DNA of 64,000 bases from Eledone cirrhosa (lineage: Eukaryota). Under the pieces are notes generated by a model that worked only from the letters and a program-made list of their open reading frames with translations, had not been told where the DNA came from and ran no database searches. The stretch is from contig OZ024753.1 of assembly GCA_964016885.1 (NCBI GenBank), positions 1,178,001 through 1,242,000 of the forward strand, given 5' to 3'. Positions 58,898 to 64,000 of the stretch are shown in pieces (position 1 is the stretch's first letter; each line of letters begins with the position of its first letter). Both the position numbers and the translations under genes were made by a program.

Positions 58898-60037
58898 AAG
58901 AATGAGAAATAAGATAGATTGAAGAGACGGGCGGGTTGGAATTGGAAAAATGTCTTTAGATAAAAAATATCAGGTCCATTCATGTTGACATCCCTACGAA
59001 GATATGTAAGGTTAAAATTTGCTTGTGTGAACCAAGTGGAAGATCAAGGAGTAATTATAAGTTTAAAGGCATAGTACTAAGAAAAACAAACAACTTGGCA
59101 TGGAGGAGAGAAATTTATTTAGAGTCCGTTCTTTAACATATGAACACTTTCTGTTGAAGTGCAGTATTTTATGTAATGCTTGCGATTGAGCATAATAATA
59201 TGCAATCAGCGCACGTAGACTGATGTTGTACTGAAACATGTTAAAGAACGGACTCTAAATAAGTATTACTCCTCTAATTTGTTTTTCCTAGTACTATACC
59301 TTTACATTTATATATATATATATATATCATGTTGAGTTTCCTCGGACAACGTCAATATTTATATTTTTCCACTTGTCCCTACCGAACATGGCTTTCGTAA
59401 GTTCATTCTTTCTAAAATTCGTGCCTTTACAAATCCTCTTCAGAAACGTAGCATGAGCCGATCTCTTTTTCTTCTACCATCTTTAGGTTCCCATAGCAGT
59501 AACTAGCTTAATACCTCTGCCTGATCTCTTCAACATATGTAGCGTTTATTCTTATCTCTACAAAATCGGTCAGCTTCTTTCTCAATGTAACAGGAATAGT
59601 TAGTTATACCTATGTGTATAAATATTATAGAAAGTTCTGCAAATAAAGAAATCAATGTTAAAAACACAGTAAGTTATGTTTCATTAATCGCTTCCTTATA
59701 AAAAGATAAGGATTTTTCTAATTGTGTTTCTTTCCTCAGGATTTACAAGATGTTTGCTACGTGGTAGACGGTTATATAAATAATTAAATATATAATAATT
59801 ATATATTATATATTCTAATTTCCAACATAGCAAGATACCCAGCTTCAAATCGATGTTTGTCACAAGAAATAACTCAATGAATTAAATTATGAATTTATCT
59901 AACAGATAACATTTTCAATTTTACACTGAAAAACCTTCATGTAATTCATTCATAAAACAAGAAATTGTGAAAATGAATTGACATTTGACTTTTTGGCTTT
60001 TACAACTTCGTTGATAAATTTTTCTTATGATATTCAG

Positions 60038-60116
60038 ATGAATTGGCTGTACGTTTAGGAGAAGCAATAGAGGAATCTGAAGAACAAGCAATGTCTTGGT
60101 TTGAACAGATTACAAG
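60038..60116 (+). CDS. NCX exon ((D)ELAVRLGEAIEESEEQAMSWFEQIT)
   Basis: tattcag acceptor, gtatct donor, 79 nt (phase 1 to 2); SW.EQ motif that follows CBD2 in NCX proteins. Confidence 0.85.
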
Positions 60117-60469
60117 GTATCTAGAGTTTAATTTCTATCTGTGTATGTATGTATATATATATATATATATATTTTTTTTTTGTGTATATATATATATATT
60201 TTGTGTGTGTGCATATATATATATTGTGTGTGTGTATATATATATATATTGTGTGTGTGTGTATATATATGTATATATATATTTTTGTGTGTGTGTGTAT
60301 ATATATATATATATTGGTGGGTGTGTGTGTATATATATATATATATATTGTTATGCTTTGGGAGGGTTATGATGCCAATAAAAAACGTGCGCACCTGTTG
60401 GTTTTCACTTCAATTTATTACAAATTTCCGGTTCATTGGTTCAATAACAGGATGGTTGTTTATATATTG

Positions 60470-60510
60470 TCAAAGCTCTTTCATCACACATTCTGTGACC
60501 TCCTCAGTGA
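60470..60510 (-). ncRNA. Minimal hammerhead motif in a copy of the 36.5-kb element family
   Basis: Minus strand: TCA CTGAGGA g GTCACA gaatg TGTGAT GAAA GAG CTT TGA; short stems I and III, CUU triplet. Confidence 0.5.
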
Positions 60511-62590
60511 TCTTGATCTAGTTTTCGAAACGGCCGGAGCTCAGCCGTCAGGGTCTTGACTCTTTTCCTATATATATATTTTTTTCTTTTCGTTATGAAA
60601 AAAATATTTTTCTCTTTTGCTCTATGGACATTTCACATGAGGAGCGATGAAATGTAGACGGAAAATGTGTCGCAGTCCATGGTGTTCCAGACTGAAAATT
60701 TACTTCTTCTCAAATAGGAAAAGAGTTATCCGATCTGGGCATTTACCGTCACCGCGGCTGAGGCTGGCGCACTACAGTTGTGATGGGAAATGTCTTATAA
60801 CTGATACAAATCTAATTATGACAGTAACATACACCATACCTTCTTTTAAAACGAATCCACATAACTGTTCTAACAATTATGTATCACCTTGCTAAAAATC
60901 ATATCTCACACATTTTTATATAATCTAAGAAAACTACAATTATAGATTGTTTAAGAATATGCATTTCACATTTCAATTGCTTTCATAATATTTTTAACAA
61001 ATTTTCATCAAAGACCAATAATATAAAGATGAAATGAATGTGCTTTTTTTTTTTGTTCCTTTGTTTTGTTTTTTTGTTTCTTGACTTTTTTTATTCTTTC
61101 TTATCGATTATTTTCTTAGCAGTTTCTAAATTGCTAGTATCAGTAAAATATCAGCTAGAAGTTAAAAAGAAAATAAATACAAATTTAAATGAATAACAAA
61201 AATAGTAGTCTTTTTGTGATTATATTAAATATTTTTCAACGACTGTTTAATTAAGACGCAGGCTTGGTAACAAAATAGGGTGATATTTGAAATAAATGAT
61301 AGTGTTTTCATATAACACAAGTTAAAACTGTTCATGATAACCAAATGTTTCAACCGCAATACGATATTGTGGTTGCAACATGAATTACGTGGGGGGGGGG
61401 GGGTCTGTGAGGCCAGGGAGACCATGCCATCTCTAAAAAAATAATTATATTTTTCTCCCCCAAACTATCCAAACACACATCTATTTGTATATGTGCTACA
61501 ATTTATATACGTTATGTTTATCGTATATCGAAGTTTTTATAATTTGATTCATATTTCATAAAAATAGCTTAACTGCAACTAAATTCAGAAATGCTTCCAC
61601 CGCCCCAAAATATACTCATGCGATCATCTACCTCTGTCTATTCTGATTGTTTGTTTGTTTGTTTGTGTGTGTGTTAAATTTGCTTAAAACCAAAAGTTTA
61701 GGTGGGTGATTGGTAGAATCGTTAAAGCGTTGGACAAAATGCCTTATGATATTTAGTTAACGTCGCTTAGGCTCTAGCAGGGGTTCATTTCGTTTTTCAT
61801 TTTTCCAGGGTTGAGAAAATAAACTAGTAGTAAATAACTGGGGTGGAATTATTGCCTTCTATAATATACTCCAGATGTGAATGGAATTATAAAAGAAATA
61901 GTAGTCAAATCTTCCTCAAACCACATTTAACCCTCTTAAGAATCGAAAGAGCATAATTTATTAAGTAATATTTGACATCACGTAAAAAGACGGGAGTATC
62001 AAGGTTGAAAGGTTTCTGATAATTGGCCTACTCGATCAGGGCAGACTTCGGGTTAAGGAACAATACCAAAAACCAGTAAGATCTACATGTATATTGTAAT
62101 AACCTTGGTGAAATATTCCAGTGAAGATATCTAAAAATATTACATCTAGTTCTATGTTGCCGTATGAAAGGCGAAGCCATATAAATGCTTATTGCCATGG
62201 AAATTAACTGCCACGATAATATAAATACAGAAATTAATGCAGTTACGACAGATAACCAATTATATGAATACATTAATATCACCTTTTGACTTTACAGGAA
62301 ACATCTAGTTCGCCAAGTGACCTTCGAGAAATAACAATCAATGCCCATTCAAAATTATGCCATGCTGCCATTAAACAAAGAAAAGATATTCTAGATAATA
62401 GAGTTCTAGATACATTACGTCTGAAAGATAGCATGCAGGCGTGGTCGAAGTATTAGTTTGCTTTGCAATCGTGAAAACAGTGGTTCGATCACATTGTGTC
62501 GGTTTTAACCATTGGCTTTCGTTTTAAAAAGCATATACTGCTTTTTTTTATTTTGTCAACATAATTGTCATCATAATATTACAAATAAAA

Positions 62591-62795
62591 GGCGGTGGAT
62601 TGGCAAATATCGATAGACGGTCGGACGCCATACTTTGCAGCATAGATCTGAGTCCAAATCCCGCCGAGGTTAATGTTGTCTTTCATCCTTACGAGGTCGA
62701 TAGAATAAAGTACCAGTCACGCACTGGGGTCGATTTAATCGACTTTCCCCTCCCCCAAAATTGCTGGCCTTATGCCTATATAAGAAACCAATATT
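62591..62795 (+). mobile_element. SINE family 1 variant
   Basis: Same head and central domain with an alternative 3' part (gatttaatcgactttcccctcccccaaaattgctggcc). Confidence 0.78.
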
Positions 62796-63115
62796 ACAAA
62801 TAAAAAGAAAAGAAACAGACAAGCAGGTAATACACAGATCTAAGACCACATAGAGCAAAGGGCAAGCGAAAGAGGTGGACAAACGAACCGCTGTTATTGG
62901 CTTGTCAGTTAAATTAGAAGTGGGGAGATCTCCCATATCTGAAGAACTCAACAAAAGTTCTTATATAAAATTATGATGGAAGGTTTTTTTTTTATAAACA
63001 CTTTAAAACAGTTTTCTGTCATACAACTAAAGGCAGTTTCTAGTGGTTTGGTACCAAAATGGGGTTCAAAATTCTGAAGGTGAACAAAAGAAATTCTCTG
63101 TATATCTCTCAATTC

Positions 63116-63148
<33 letters not shown>

Positions 63149-63188
63149 CATATTTTATTTTTTTTAATTCATATTTTATTTTATCCAG

Positions 63189-63308
63189 TGCGATGGAAGT
63201 TGGTGGAGATGTCGATATGGCAACTAAAGCAGAACTAAGGTGGTACGACTACATTATACATTTTTTAACCTTCTTCTGGAAAGTAATCATAGCCCTGCTG
63301 CCACCAAC
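63189..63308 (+). CDS. NCX exon ((S)AMEVGGDVDMATKAELRWYDYIIHFLTFFWKVIIALLPP)
   Basis: ttttatccag acceptor, gtaagt donor, 120 nt; DY..HFLT.FWKV..A..PP is the SLC8 signature. Confidence 0.93.
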
Positions 63309-63789
63309 GTAAGTATTCAGTTTGTCTAATATTAAACTGTTGAACATAGTCAAAGAATCACCTTGAAAGATTCCAATGTAGAATATATATGATTATTTTA
63401 ACGTATAGTTGACCCCTACTTGTGTTCTTCTTTGTCTTCTTCTTCTTTGTCTTCTTCTTGGAGTTGTGGGGGCAGAGTCCTTAAACATGTCCTGTCAGAA
63501 GCAACCATATCCAATTAATCTGGTTGGATCTCCAAGCAAAACCAGCCGAGCTCATAGACATCATCCAACCATCTTGATTGGGGTCAACCCCTGGTTCTCC
63601 TGGCAGGATCAGAAGAAGAACAGCCCCTACACATGAGAATATCATTACACAGAGAATATGAAATGCTAGGTCATGCTACCTGACTTAAAGATCTGTACAG
63701 CTCTAAAATTTCCTTAAAATAAACTATATGTATGTATGTATGTATGTATGCAAATTTGTCTATATCTTTATATTTGACTTTTTTTGCAG

Positions 63790-63865
63790 GAGTTACTGCA
63801 ATGGCTGGATAACCTTTATCAGTTCTCTGACAGCAATTGGTGTTCTTACTGCTTTAGTTGAACAG
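63790..63865 (+). CDS. NCX exon ((T)SYCNGWITFISSLTAIGVLTALVEQ); gene continues past the window
   Basis: tttttgcag acceptor, gtattt donor, 76 nt; Y.NGW..F..S...IG.LTA TM motif of SLC8. Confidence 0.92.
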
Positions 63866-64000
63866 GTATTTGAAAGTTTTCTTAATTTCATATTTCAACA
63901 ATAGAAGATATAGGTACAATTATAATATAGATGATGAAGGTGATGATATACATCAATTATGATTGAATTAACTACTACCATATTAAAGATGACATTTTAT

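Overview
Eukaryotic, AT-rich, repeat-dense genomic DNA; the SINE/LINE/microsatellite content points to a coleoid cephalopod, probably Octopus (inference). Two intron-rich + strand genes can be spliced by eye with GT/AG boundaries and consistent phases. (1) The last five coding exons of a sorting nexin-1/2 gene (Vps5-type BAR domain, ends LIKYWEAFLPEAKAIA*; 17870-22042). (2) Eight internal exons of an SLC8/NCX-type Na+/Ca2+ exchanger (two Calx-beta domains plus the following TM segments; 45472-63865); I could not find its 5' half before a 200-N gap at 44650-44849. The rest is tRNA-derived SINEs, RTE/CR1/Tx1/R4 LINE fragments, a decayed hAT transposon, TA- and TTAA-flanked MITEs, minisatellites and multi-kb (TA)n arrays. 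Nearly all long ORFs in the supplied track are microsatellite artefacts. Most notable: (a) a recurring non-coding fold-back module inserted in (TA)n tracts and carrying type I hammerhead ribozyme motifs (Penelope-like architecture), including a 1.8-kb spacerless palindrome with one hammerhead on each strand; (b) a 7x79-bp tandem repeat that amplifies an SNX2 exon end plus its splice donor, creating potential in-frame 30-nt micro-exons; (c) an NCX whose Calx-beta domains lack the canonical acidic Ca2+-binding motifs.
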